64,000 bases of DNA from a virus: positions 1 to 64,000 of IMG/VR virus record IMGVR_UViG_3300034121_001409; one strand, given 5' to 3'. The notes under the pieces were generated by a model that was not told the origin of the DNA, searched no databases, and saw only the letters and a program-made list of their open reading frames with translations. The translations under genes and the position numbers were made by a program. Within the stretch, counting starts at the first letter, position 1. Each line of letters starts with the position of its first letter. Shown here piece after piece: positions 54,584 through 63,347 of the stretch.

Positions 54584-54829
54584 TCAATGCTCCGGCAAAA
54601 CTCTTACCTTTGCACCGACAGCCTGAGCCACTCTCACAAGGGTATCCATATTCGGGTTACTATGCATATTAAACAGCAAACTTAAGGAGACTTCAGATAT
54701 CCCTGTCATCTTATTCAGCTTTCTCTGATTAATTTTTTTTGCCTTCATTATGGTCTTTATGTCGCTCAAAATCACAAACTTATCATCCTGAGTGTCGGGT
54801 TTTTTAATTTTATTTATAAATTTTTCCAT
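54584..54829 (-). CDS. XRE-family HTH transcriptional regulator
   Basis: IK..MK.KKINQRKL...TGIS...LS......NPNMDTL.RVA.A.G. Confidence 0.88.
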   Translation of the reverse strand: MEKFINKIKKPDTQDDKFVILSDIKTIMKAKKINQRKLNKMTGISEVSLSLLFNMHSNPNMDTLVRVAQAVGAKVRVLPEH

Positions 54830-54858
54830 TTTTTTTATACTACTAATTAAAATTCTGT

Positions 54859-54876
54859 TTACATTTGCAAACGTAA
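54859..54876. promoter_or_regulatory. Palindrome made of two abutting, oppositely oriented -7 boxes (TACATTTG|CAAACGTA)
   Basis: TACATTTG on the plus strand (54860-54867) and TACGTTTG on the minus strand (54868-54875), in the divergence gap. Confidence 0.7.
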
Positions 54877-54899
54877 TACTTATCCTTTAATAAAACAAT

Positions 54900-55862
54900 A
54901 TGCATACTGAAATTATTCCTGAATCAAAAACTACAGCAAAGGTTATCTATCTTGACGCTGTTCCAAAGAGAAGACAATACCTATTAGAAAAAGCTACAAC
55001 ATTCTGTGAATGGAAGCAGGTTAAGTCTACCACAAGAGCAAACTACATTTCAATTATCACAGGATTTTTATCGAGAACAACTGAGCCGCTTAATTGGCTT
55101 ATGGTTCAGGATTACCTAAATATTCTTAGTGAAGAAAAATCCAAATCTACAGCTTGGATACAATCCAATGTGATAAAATCTTTTTTAGAATATTTGGAAG
55201 TTCAGTGTGATATTCAAAACGATGGTTGGAGAAAGGTTAACATAAAGAAATTTAATTACACCGGAGGCAACAAGGAATTTATAGAAGACAAATACTTTAA
55301 GGAGGTGTACAAGATGTTTGACTTTTCTAATATGTCTGATATTCGTGATTATACTGTCTTGAAAGTTTTGCAATCAACAGGCATGAGATTATCTGAGCCT
55401 TACAACATCCGGATTAAAGATATAAAAAAAATACACGACAGCAATGCGAATCCTGTGTATGTTGTTGACTCCATTCAGAAGGGTGGTCATCGCATGGTTG
55501 TGAAACTTCAGGCAGGAACTTTGGATGCGATAAAATTTTATCTGTCACTCAGAGGAACTTATGATAAGGATGATTATTTATTTATAGAGCATAAGTTTAA
55601 ATTTAGAAAACTATACAGACCATTAAACTCATCTGTCTTCTATAAAAAAATAACACAGATGTTTAAGGATGCCGGATGCGAGAATTTTACCACTCATGCT
55701 ATCCGTTATACAGCCGCTATAAAAACACTTGAAATAACCGGAGACGAAGCGATGGCTTCCCGAAAGCTGAATCATATATCCCCTAAGACTATTCAGTATT
55801 ACACAAAAGGGTATCGTGAGAATATAAATGCAATCAATGACATTAACATCGAAATAAATTAG
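54900..55862 (+). CDS. Tyrosine recombinase / integrase (XerC/D-like)
   Basis: SAM-like N-terminus; TGMRLSE (R), KGG (K), HAIR (HxxR), LNH and IQYY (Y) catalytic set. Confidence 0.92.
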   Translation: MHTEIIPESKTTAKVIYLDAVPKRRQYLLEKATTFCEWKQVKSTTRANYISIITGFLSRTTEPLNWLMVQDYLNILSEEKSKSTAWIQSNVIKSFLEYLEVQCDIQNDGWRKVNIKKFNYTGGNKEFIEDKYFKEVYKMFDFSNMSDIRDYTVLKVLQSTGMRLSEPYNIRIKDIKKIHDSNANPVYVVDSIQKGGHRMVVKLQAGTLDAIKFYLSLRGTYDKDDYLFIEHKFKFRKLYRPLNSSVFYKKITQMFKDAGCENFTTHAIRYTAAIKTLEITGDEAMASRKLNHISPKTIQYYTKGYRENINAINDINIEIN

Positions 55863-55863
55863 T

Positions 55864-57267
55864 ATGGCAAACAATCAATTCTTAGAACACTCCATATTGG
55901 GTACTATGCTCAATAACACATCTGCAATGATTATAGGATTGCAGAAAATTAATACACATGAAATTTTCAGCGATGATGTTTCTCAGTTGTGCTACAAAAA
56001 TATACAGGAGATGTTTTTATCTCAGGTGGAGGTAGACGCATTCTCGTTCAAGGAATACCTTACTAAGAAGAAAATGTTTTCGAGAGTAGGTGACGTTACT
56101 TACAAATCAATTTTTGCGCATAACCTTACGATGCCTAATTTCGAACAGAAGCTGCGCTCTCTGAGAGATAATTACATCTACAGGGTTCAGGTACAGACAG
56201 CGAATGATATCTTATCAAAAGCAGCTACAGGTTCTATTCCTCCGGCAGAACTTGCGTTGGAAGCTATCTCTGCTATTGAGGCTACTTTATCAGCAGATAA
56301 ATCAGACAGCACACAAGCTATAGGGTCTCTTTTGTTTCAACTGAATAAGCAAATGAAGAATCCTTCTGCAAAGAAAAATTATGTAACAACAGGCTATTCT
56401 GAGCTTGACGAGTTTGTGAAGTTTCAGGAAGGAGACTTGGTTGTTCTTGCTGCCCGACCATCTATGGGAAAAACAGCATTGCTTCTTGAGATAGCGAGAA
56501 GGCAGTCATTTTTAAACAACATTCCGGTAGCCATATTTTCATTAGAGATGGATGCAATGAGATACACTAAGCGTATAGCTGCTCGTTCTTTAAAGGTTAA
56601 CTCTTCTGTTTTCGATGAAGATTTTAAAGACAAAACCATTGAGAATGAATACAACTCATTAGTAACTAAATTTGCAAACTCTCCATTCTACATAGAGGAT
56701 GACCCTTCTATTACTGTAAATGCTTTATTTGCAAAAATCATAGTTCTTGCTGTATCAAAAAAAATCAGAACATTTGCTATTGACCACATGGGTCTTGTTA
56801 AGTTATTGTTTGATAAGAACAAAAACAAAACCGATGCTATTGGAGAGCTTACAAGTGGATTAAAAATGTTGGCAAGGAAACTTAGGGTCACTATAGTGGT
56901 TCTGAGCCAATTAAACCGAGCAGTAGAACAAAGACCTGTGCCAAGACCTATGCTTTCAGACCTTCGTGACTCCGGCTCTATTGAACAGGATGCGGATATT
57001 GTTATGTTTTTATACCGTACCGATTACTATCCTCAGACAAAATTTGAAGCTAAATCTACAGAGAAGCAGTTTGAGCATTTTAATGGCAAGTATGCGCTTC
57101 GTCATTATACAGAACATGGAGAGCTTCGTGTGGTTGATGTTTCAGGAACCTGTGAGGTTATTGTTGCCAAAAACCGAGATGGCAAAACAGGTAAATTATA
57201 TTTTGATTTCAAGAAGACCTTTGGTGGTTTTTATTACAACGAATCTATTTCATCACTTTTAAAATAA
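55864..57267 (+). CDS. dnaB: Replicative DNA helicase DnaB
   Basis: AARPSMGKT, FSLEM, IDH, LSQLNR, DLRDSGSIEQDAD and AKNRDG motifs. Confidence 0.96.
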   Translation: MANNQFLEHSILGTMLNNTSAMIIGLQKINTHEIFSDDVSQLCYKNIQEMFLSQVEVDAFSFKEYLTKKKMFSRVGDVTYKSIFAHNLTMPNFEQKLRSLRDNYIYRVQVQTANDILSKAATGSIPPAELALEAISAIEATLSADKSDSTQAIGSLLFQLNKQMKNPSAKKNYVTTGYSELDEFVKFQEGDLVVLAARPSMGKTALLLEIARRQSFLNNIPVAIFSLEMDAMRYTKRIAARSLKVNSSVFDEDFKDKTIENEYNSLVTKFANSPFYIEDDPSITVNALFAKIIVLAVSKKIRTFAIDHMGLVKLLFDKNKNKTDAIGELTSGLKMLARKLRVTIVVLSQLNRAVEQRPVPRPMLSDLRDSGSIEQDADIVMFLYRTDYYPQTKFEAKSTEKQFEHFNGKYALRHYTEHGELRVVDVSGTCEVIVAKNRDGKTGKLYFDFKKTFGGFYYNESISSLLK

Positions 57268-57272
57268 CAACA

Positions 57273-58439
57273 ATGAATTTCGAAAAGGAAGTTTACAACA
57301 AGGAGCGTGGTGTGTTCGTAGAACGCATTCCGGAGCATTCAGATGCTTGGCACGACAGAAGGATAAAAGGAATCGGTGCATCAGACATCGGTAGAATTTT
57401 AGGTCTTAATGATTACGAAGGCGGTAGCTGTATAGAAATCTTCCAAGAGAAGATTGGATTACGCCCTGCTTTCAGAGAGGGCAACAAGTTTACATTTTGG
57501 GGTCACAAACAGGAGCAGCTTATTGCGGATGCTTGGAAGTTTTACGATGGCACAGAAGATGGTTACATTAAAAATGAAGCGGAAGATAAAAAACAACGTG
57601 ATTGCAGAAATGTGTCAGGATTCTTCTCCAATGCCAAGTATCCACATTTGTTCACAAATCTTGACCGGATGATAAACAAGGGTGGCTTCAGGCTTGATGA
57701 CGGTAGTATCCTTTCTGACAATGCTATATTGGAAGTAAAGACAGCTTCATTTAATGTTGCAAAAAAATGGGAGGGCGGTATAGACCCTGCTTACGTTATG
57801 CAGGTGCAGCAGCAGATGATGATAATGGGTCTTGAATATGCGGAGATTGCTTTATTGGAATTAGACCGCAGAAACTTAAAGGTTTTCCCTATGGCTTTAT
57901 CTCCAAACTTGGTAAATCAGATTGAAGAGGAGTCTTATACCTTTTGGTACAAGATGGTTGAACCTGCTAAGGCATTGGCGCAGGAATATTTATTGGAAAA
58001 CGAAAGAGGTAATTTTGATAAGACTCAGAAAATTATGGCAGAGATTCAAAAACTTGAGCCTTCTGCTGACGCATCTGAGAGATACAAAGATTTCATGAAC
58101 GAAAGATGGTTATCTGAACCTAATATCCTAAAGGCTTCACCGGAGATTATTCAAAATATTATTGAGCTTAAATACTTCAAAGAAGTTGAAGCGGCAATAA
58201 AACCTGAATCGACACTTCGTGAGAACAGGATACGTGAGTTTTTTGGTGATGCAGTTTCTGAGTTATCAGGTAGAACACCGGATACCTTAGATTGCGAAGA
58301 GTATGGCAAGGTAACTTGGAAGACTCAGGGTGCAGAAGGCAAAACTAAAGTTCTGCGTACACAGGGTTTTAAAGCGGATGTTTCCGAGCTTGTAGAATCT
58401 GTAAAAAATACAGTAATCGCTAAATCACCACAGGTATGA
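57273..58439 (+). CDS. YqaJ-like viral recombinase exonuclease
   Basis: WH..R..GIGASD, WGH..E, NLDR, LEVKT and Y..QVQQQM motifs. Confidence 0.92.
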   Translation: MNFEKEVYNKERGVFVERIPEHSDAWHDRRIKGIGASDIGRILGLNDYEGGSCIEIFQEKIGLRPAFREGNKFTFWGHKQEQLIADAWKFYDGTEDGYIKNEAEDKKQRDCRNVSGFFSNAKYPHLFTNLDRMINKGGFRLDDGSILSDNAILEVKTASFNVAKKWEGGIDPAYVMQVQQQMMIMGLEYAEIALLELDRRNLKVFPMALSPNLVNQIEEESYTFWYKMVEPAKALAQEYLLENERGNFDKTQKIMAEIQKLEPSADASERYKDFMNERWLSEPNILKASPEIIQNIIELKYFKEVEAAIKPESTLRENRIREFFGDAVSELSGRTPDTLDCEEYGKVTWKTQGAEGKTKVLRTQGFKADVSELVESVKNTVIAKSPQV

Positions 58440-59143
58440 AAGGAGTGATATATCTTGATATAGAGACTGCTCCAAAGGTTCAGTTCTATGCAGATGCAGA
58501 CGATTACACAAAGGAATATTTTGAGAAGAAATTTTCAGAGTCTAATCTTACAGAAAAAATGACGGTTGCTGAGTTTTACGAAAAGAAGGTTTCATTGTAC
58601 GCTGAATTTTCAAAGATTGTATGCTTGGTTCTTGCCACACATATAGCAGACAATACTTTTAAATTTAAGGTGCTGTATTCAGACAAAGACAATGCAGTTT
58701 TTTCTGAGACAACTTTACTTACAGCTTTCGCTGAGATTCTGAAAAAATCATCCGGTGTTCTTTGCGGTCACAACATTAAAGGTTTTGACATACCGTTCCT
58801 ATGTAAAAGATTTTTAGCAAATGGTCTTGAAGTACCTTCTGCATTAAATCCATACGGAAAGAAGCAGTGGGATATAAACCACATTGACACAATGGAGGCA
58901 GCTAAATTTGGCAATTTTCAGGGTGCAACAACTTTGGATAACCTATGTCATCTTCTTGGTATAAAATCTCCAAAGGGTGATATGGATGGCTCTATGGTTT
59001 CACAGGTGTATCACAACTCCGGTGAGGATGGATTAAACAAGATAGCCAATTACTGTGTAAAAGATGTGGAGGCTGCTGTATTGGTTGCAGACAGGCTTGT
59101 TGGAGGAAATAAATTAAATAACAAAATTAAAATCACATTCTAA
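58436..59143 (+). CDS. PolB-like 3'-5' exonuclease (DEDDy)
   Basis: LDIET, GHNIKGFDIPFL, IDTM and YCVKDV motifs. Confidence 0.9.
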   Translation: MKGVIYLDIETAPKVQFYADADDYTKEYFEKKFSESNLTEKMTVAEFYEKKVSLYAEFSKIVCLVLATHIADNTFKFKVLYSDKDNAVFSETTLLTAFAEILKKSSGVLCGHNIKGFDIPFLCKRFLANGLEVPSALNPYGKKQWDINHIDTMEAAKFGNFQGATTLDNLCHLLGIKSPKGDMDGSMVSQVYHNSGEDGLNKIANYCVKDVEAAVLVADRLVGGNKLNNKIKITF

Positions 59144-59688
59144 TGGAACAGGAAAAAAAATATATCGGAATTGATGTAGGGAAAAACGGTTCAATTGTTG
59201 TTATAAATGCTGACAACTCAATAAATTGTTTTCCAATACCATTGATAGGAAAAACAAAACCAACGATTGATTTACATAGCATGAGGGAGCTATTTAAGAG
59301 TTTTAGTTATTATAAATCGCATATTGTGATAGAAGATGTTCACGCTCTATTTGGCAGTGCTGCATCCGCTACTTTCTCCTTTGGTTTCGTTGCCGGAGTT
59401 ATAGAAACTTTCTGTGTGGCAAATAGTTTGTCATACACAAAAGTAGCTCCTAAGAAATGGCAGGAAGAAATGTTCGCAGGTGTGCCTGTGCAGTACAAGC
59501 CATTAAAGAAGAGTGACAAGCCGAACTATAAACCTAAGTTAATGAAGGATACAAAAGCTATGGCTCTTATGGCGGTAAAAAGATTGTTCCCTAATCAGAA
59601 ATTAACCTTTGGTGAACGAGCAACAGTTCCTCACGATGGATTGGTGGATGCATTACTTATGGCAGAATACTCACGAAGAAATTATTAA
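59143..59688 (+). CDS. RuvC-like Holliday junction resolvase
   Basis: YIGIDVG, VIEDV, FSFG, V.P.KW and DGLVDALLMA motifs. Confidence 0.88.
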   Translation: MEQEKKYIGIDVGKNGSIVVINADNSINCFPIPLIGKTKPTIDLHSMRELFKSFSYYKSHIVIEDVHALFGSAASATFSFGFVAGVIETFCVANSLSYTKVAPKKWQEEMFAGVPVQYKPLKKSDKPNYKPKLMKDTKAMALMAVKRLFPNQKLTFGERATVPHDGLVDALLMAEYSRRNY

Positions 59689-59704
59689 CAAGTAAAATAC
59701 GAAA

Positions 59705-59953
59705 ATGGAAAACGAAGAAAAAGAAAAAAGACATCAGGACTTTGCTCAGGGTGTAAGGGTTAAAACGATAAAAGGAAAGCATGGGGATTTCCAACTACTG
59801 AAGATTGATGTAGAAGATTTTACTGCATGGGCAGAGAAGAATAAAAACGAGTTTGGGAATGTCAGCATAGCTCTGTACAAAAGGAGGGTTGTTGATGAAT
59901 ATCTGAACTCACACAATCCGGTTAAATTCATTGAAAAAACAATAACACCATAA
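59705..59953 (+). CDS. Small protein, possibly ssDNA-binding; paralog of 62286..62519
   Basis: Shared QG...K....G...F......K.E.GN..I...K......(S/T)H pattern. Confidence 0.55.
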   Translation: MENEEKEKRHQDFAQGVRVKTIKGKHGDFQLLKIDVEDFTAWAEKNKNEFGNVSIALYKRRVVDEYLNSHNPVKFIEKTITP

Positions 59954-59955
59954 TT

Positions 59956-61665
59956 ATGCGAATATCTAAGGATACAATACAGAGTGCTTCTCAGGTTAAC
60001 ATCTACGATGCCCTGAGTCCTGTTCTTCCATTGAAGAAGATGGGTAATTTATATAAATGCAGATGTCCTTTCCATAATGAGAAATCAGCATCCTTTACCG
60101 TTAATCCGGAGCGCAACATTTACAAATGCTTCGGATGCGGAAAGGGAGGCGATGCCATCACATTCTTTATGGAACATGAGGGGTTTACCTTTCCTGAGTC
60201 CGTAAAGTATGTGTGTGAGCAGAACAAGATTCCTTTCGTAACAGACACCGATGGCGATGAGCAAGATGCTGTACAACAGAGAACATCAAAGATTCTTGAA
60301 ATAAACAGGGTAACCTTAGATTTCTTTAAATCTTTAATGAAGGGCAGCAAGTCTTACACTCAAGCAACAGGCAGGGGTTATTCGGATGAAACCATAACCA
60401 AGTGGGAGCTTGGTCACAGCTCTGCTCTGTTTACAAAACTTTACAAACATTTACAGGGCTTAAACTACAGCGATAGCGATATCTTTCTCTCCGGTGTAGT
60501 AAAACAGAAGGAAGATGGTGGTGCTTATGATGCATTCAGAGACAGGTGGATATTTCCGATACACAACGTATTCGGTAAGATTATTGGCTTTAGCGGCAGA
60601 AGGCTTCTTGAGACAACAAATCCAAAATACATCAACAGCTCAGAGACCGCAGTGTTCAAAAAATCAAATGAACTATTCGGGTTGTTCTTTGCCAAGAAGA
60701 GCATTATAGAGCATGACAACGCTATATTGGTAGAAGGAGCCACAGATGTTATTTCTATGCACCAAGCAGGTATATGCAACACCGTTGCAACTTTAGGTAC
60801 AGCATTTTCTGCGTCTCATGCTAAAATCATCAAGCGGTACACAGACAATGTTACCTCTCTTTTCGATGGAGACCAAGCCGGATTGAAGGCTACCTTTAAA
60901 TCATGCGAGGAGCTACTGAAGGAAGGTCTTATGGTTTACATCTGTCCACTTCCGGAAGGTAAAGACCCTGACCAATGTATCAGGGAAATGGGTGATGCAG
61001 AATTTAAGGATTACATTTCTGCCAACAGAAAGGAGTTTATAGAATACAGAACTTCACTTTTAAGTGAATCTGTAAACGAGAAAGCAAAGGTGGCAAAGGA
61101 ATTGTACCGGATGATAAACCTGCATCCTGACCGGATAGTGCGCAACGTTCTGCTTTCTGATTACAACAAGAAGTTCGGCTTTAAATTGGAATCCTACACA
61201 GCTACTAAAACTCAGGAGGAGTCAGAATCTCTTCCTATGGAATTTCACATCCTCAGAGTGATGCTGCTTTATGGTCAGGAGTATGACGTTCATTCTTATT
61301 TTAAACACACAGAGCAGAGAAATTATGTGTACTATTTTAAGAACATGGACTACCTTAAGTTATTCACCTTTATGATGGATAATCAGAATCTCAGTATAAC
61401 AGAAATTCTGCACAATGAAGACCAAGAGATAGCAGATACAGCCTCCGGAATCCTGAACACAAAATTTGATGTATCAGACAATCCGGTGTACGATATAATG
61501 AGCTGTTTTTTTGAAGCAGACAGACAGGTAATAGAAAAACTTGAGCAGGAGCTTTGGGAAAAAGGTTTAAATAAAAACTTTAAAAGCACCATGTCCTTAA
61601 TTGCTCTGCATAAGGAAGATATTCAAAATAATATTATGAACAATATAAATAAAGCAACATCATGA
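59956..61665 (+). CDS. dnaG: DNA primase DnaG
   Basis: CPFH.EK..SF...CFGC zinc finger; FRDR.IFPI, PKYINS, VEG..D, FDGD.AG and GKDPD motifs. Confidence 0.96.
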   Translation: MRISKDTIQSASQVNIYDALSPVLPLKKMGNLYKCRCPFHNEKSASFTVNPERNIYKCFGCGKGGDAITFFMEHEGFTFPESVKYVCEQNKIPFVTDTDGDEQDAVQQRTSKILEINRVTLDFFKSLMKGSKSYTQATGRGYSDETITKWELGHSSALFTKLYKHLQGLNYSDSDIFLSGVVKQKEDGGAYDAFRDRWIFPIHNVFGKIIGFSGRRLLETTNPKYINSSETAVFKKSNELFGLFFAKKSIIEHDNAILVEGATDVISMHQAGICNTVATLGTAFSASHAKIIKRYTDNVTSLFDGDQAGLKATFKSCEELLKEGLMVYICPLPEGKDPDQCIREMGDAEFKDYISANRKEFIEYRTSLLSESVNEKAKVAKELYRMINLHPDRIVRNVLLSDYNKKFGFKLESYTATKTQEESESLPMEFHILRVMLLYGQEYDVHSYFKHTEQRNYVYYFKNMDYLKLFTFMMDNQNLSITEILHNEDQEIADTASGILNTKFDVSDNPVYDIMSCFFEADRQVIEKLEQELWEKGLNKNFKSTMSLIALHKEDIQNNIMNNINKATS

Positions 61666-62045
61666 CACCAAAACAATTATCAGTATTCGGAGATGAGCAG
61701 GAATTTATTCCTGAAAACTTAAAACCGTACCCTCCTACATTCTACAACACCATCCATCTCGAAGGAGAAGAAAAGGAAAAGGTGGAGGCGAAATTCAGCA
61801 AACAGGAATTGGAAATAATTTCTGTATTCAAAAGGGTTAAAACAATCCTAACGCCATTCGATGTGCAAAAGCACTATGAAGAGAATAATCCGGCTGTGCC
61901 AATCACAAGCATCCGAAGAGCCATGACTAATCTTACTGAAAAAGGCATACTTGAGAAGATGCCAAAAGAGCATGGGATGAAAGACGGCTTGTACGGAAAG
62001 CCAAACCATTATTGGAAACTTATTGTAAACAACCAAATCAAATGA
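61662..62045 (+). CDS. Winged-helix DNA-binding protein
   Basis: LTPFDV...ITSIRRAMTNLT.KG.LEK pattern. Confidence 0.65.
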   Translation: MTPKQLSVFGDEQEFIPENLKPYPPTFYNTIHLEGEEKEKVEAKFSKQELEIISVFKRVKTILTPFDVQKHYEENNPAVPITSIRRAMTNLTEKGILEKMPKEHGMKDGLYGKPNHYWKLIVNNQIK

Positions 62046-62284
62046 CTAATCAACACATCTTTATGGGCGTACTGATTTTTATAACAGTATTCCTGACTCT
62101 CGGATTCATCGAGAAAACGGTATTCGGCATAATAGCCGAGTACATGAACCGGACAGAAATCAACGGCAGCAGATTGATTTTTAAGAAGGTAGAACAGCAC
62201 GAAAAAGGTCGTTTATACCTGACCTTTTTAGTACCTTTGCTGTGGACAATAATTTATTTTTATCACCAATATCTAAATCGCTAA
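62012..62284 (+). CDS. Small two-TM membrane protein
   Basis: Two hydrophobic helices; true start probably MTNQ at 62042. Confidence 0.55.
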   Translation: METYCKQPNQMTNQHIFMGVLIFITVFLTLGFIEKTVFGIIAEYMNRTEINGSRLIFKKVEQHEKGRLYLTFLVPLLWTIIYFYHQYLNR

Positions 62285-62285
62285 A

Positions 62286-62519
62286 ATGGCAGAAGACAAC
62301 AATCTCGTACAAGGATTATATATCCGAGAGAAACAAACCAAGTACAGCCCAATCATGAACGTGGGTGTATCCAAACAGTTTATTGAATACTACAATGAAC
62401 ACAAGGATGAAAACGGTAACCTCAACATTGACTTCAAGAAGATGAAAGAGGCAAAAGCAACCGGCATCACGCACTATGCCGAGAAGAATACATGGAAGAA
62501 GGAAGAAAATCCACTGTAA
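62286..62519 (+). CDS. Small protein, possibly ssDNA-binding; paralog of 59705..59953
   Basis: G.THY...NTWK C-terminal motif; similarity to 59705..59953. Confidence 0.6.
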   Translation: MAEDNNLVQGLYIREKQTKYSPIMNVGVSKQFIEYYNEHKDENGNLNIDFKKMKEAKATGITHYAEKNTWKKEENPL

Positions 62520-62523
62520 TCGT

Positions 62524-62531
62524 TATCTTTG
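62524..62531 (+). promoter_or_regulatory. -7 promoter box TATCTTTG
   Basis: Consensus match immediately after stop 62519, with no downstream ORF. Confidence 0.4.
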
Positions 62532-62565
62532 ACCCAACAGAGAGTGTTGGGCATTCTTAAAATGG

Positions 62566-62597
62566 GAAAGGCTGTCTATTAAACGACAGCCTTTCTT
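62566..62597. terminator. Terminator hairpin between convergent units
   Basis: gaaaggctgtc/gacagcctttc perfect 11-bp stem. Confidence 0.75.
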
Positions 62598-63223
62598 AAT
62601 TTCCACTTTGCCGGATAAACTGTAGCTCCCTCCGGATGAGTCTTAAACTCTCTGCCACTAAAAACAAGGGGTTGTTCTGATTCAAGACCTCTATCCTTGA
62701 AGAACCCAAGATACTCACCTGCTGCTGTAGGCTGACCTGTTCTCCATCGGTTAGTATAATTGCTGTATACGGCTCCAAACACAGCCGCTATTGAATTTTT
62801 TGGTTTAAAAGTTCCTGTCTGAAGGGTAAGATATCCAAGCAGCTCCTGATAGGTTAAATCGTGCATCCCCAAACCACACGCAAATACCCCTGCCATCAGT
62901 GGCGCAACCCCATCGAGCATATTATCTACAAACACAATATTCTTCCCAAGAAGGTACTGAGATTCTGCCGCCTCTAACCCCTGAAGGATAGCCTCCTTAT
63001 TCACCCGATTAACATCTGTAGCATTCAGCACATTGAGGGCGCAATAATCCTGACGCATCGCAATATTGTACTCTGTATCTCCCCAAGCCGGACAGCAATT
63101 CTTATAGCCTACCGCCTCCTTATGGAACGGAACCTTAGCGCAATAAACCACAAATTTACCGGAACCCAGCACTCCAACATCTCTTGGTAGTGATACATAA
63201 ATCTTATCTGCTATCTTTATCAT
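62579..63223 (-). CDS. Dual-specificity phosphatase-like protein with a degenerate active site
   Basis: MIKIADKIYV, CAK.PFHKEAVGY, EY..A.R....LN and GKNIVFV pattern; P-loop reads VDNMLDGVAP instead of HCxxGxSRS; start 63223 follows a promoter box. Confidence 0.6.
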   Translation of the reverse strand: MIKIADKIYVSLPRDVGVLGSGKFVVYCAKVPFHKEAVGYKNCCPAWGDTEYNIAMRQDYCALNVLNATDVNRVNKEAILQGLEAAESQYLLGKNIVFVDNMLDGVAPLMAGVFACGLGMHDLTYQELLGYLTLQTGTFKPKNSIAAVFGAVYSNYTNRWRTGQPTAAGEYLGFFKDRGLESEQPLVFSGREFKTHPEGATVYPAKWKLRKAVV

Positions 63224-63226
63224 ACA

Positions 63227-63234
63227 CAAATATA
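63227..63234 (-). promoter_or_regulatory. -7 promoter box TATATTTG, 3 nt before ATG 63223
   Basis: Consensus match just downstream of a terminator. Confidence 0.55.
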
Positions 63235-63248
63235 GAAACTTCTGCCCC

Positions 63249-63281
63249 AAAAAAAACACCCGAACTGTAAAGCTCAGGTGT
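63249..63281 (-). terminator. Intrinsic terminator
   Basis: ACACCTGAGCT-TTAC-AGTTCGGGTGT stem (two G-U pairs) plus T-run. Confidence 0.8.
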
Positions 63282-63300
63282 AAGACAAAAGTGAACAAGT

Positions 63301-63319
63301 CAAAGGTATCGCAAATATA
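63301..63319 (-). promoter_or_regulatory. Tandem -7 boxes TATATTTG and TACCTTTG
   Basis: Two consensus matches 11 nt apart, 20-30 nt upstream of a terminator. Confidence 0.45.
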
Positions 63320-63347
63320 TGTCCGTTTTTTTTAACAAACAACACCC

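Noticed and set aside
57020-57150. Insertion near the DnaB C-terminus as a possible intein
   Set aside because: Only ~30 aa and lacks intein splice-junction motifs; terL and dnaG also appear uninterrupted
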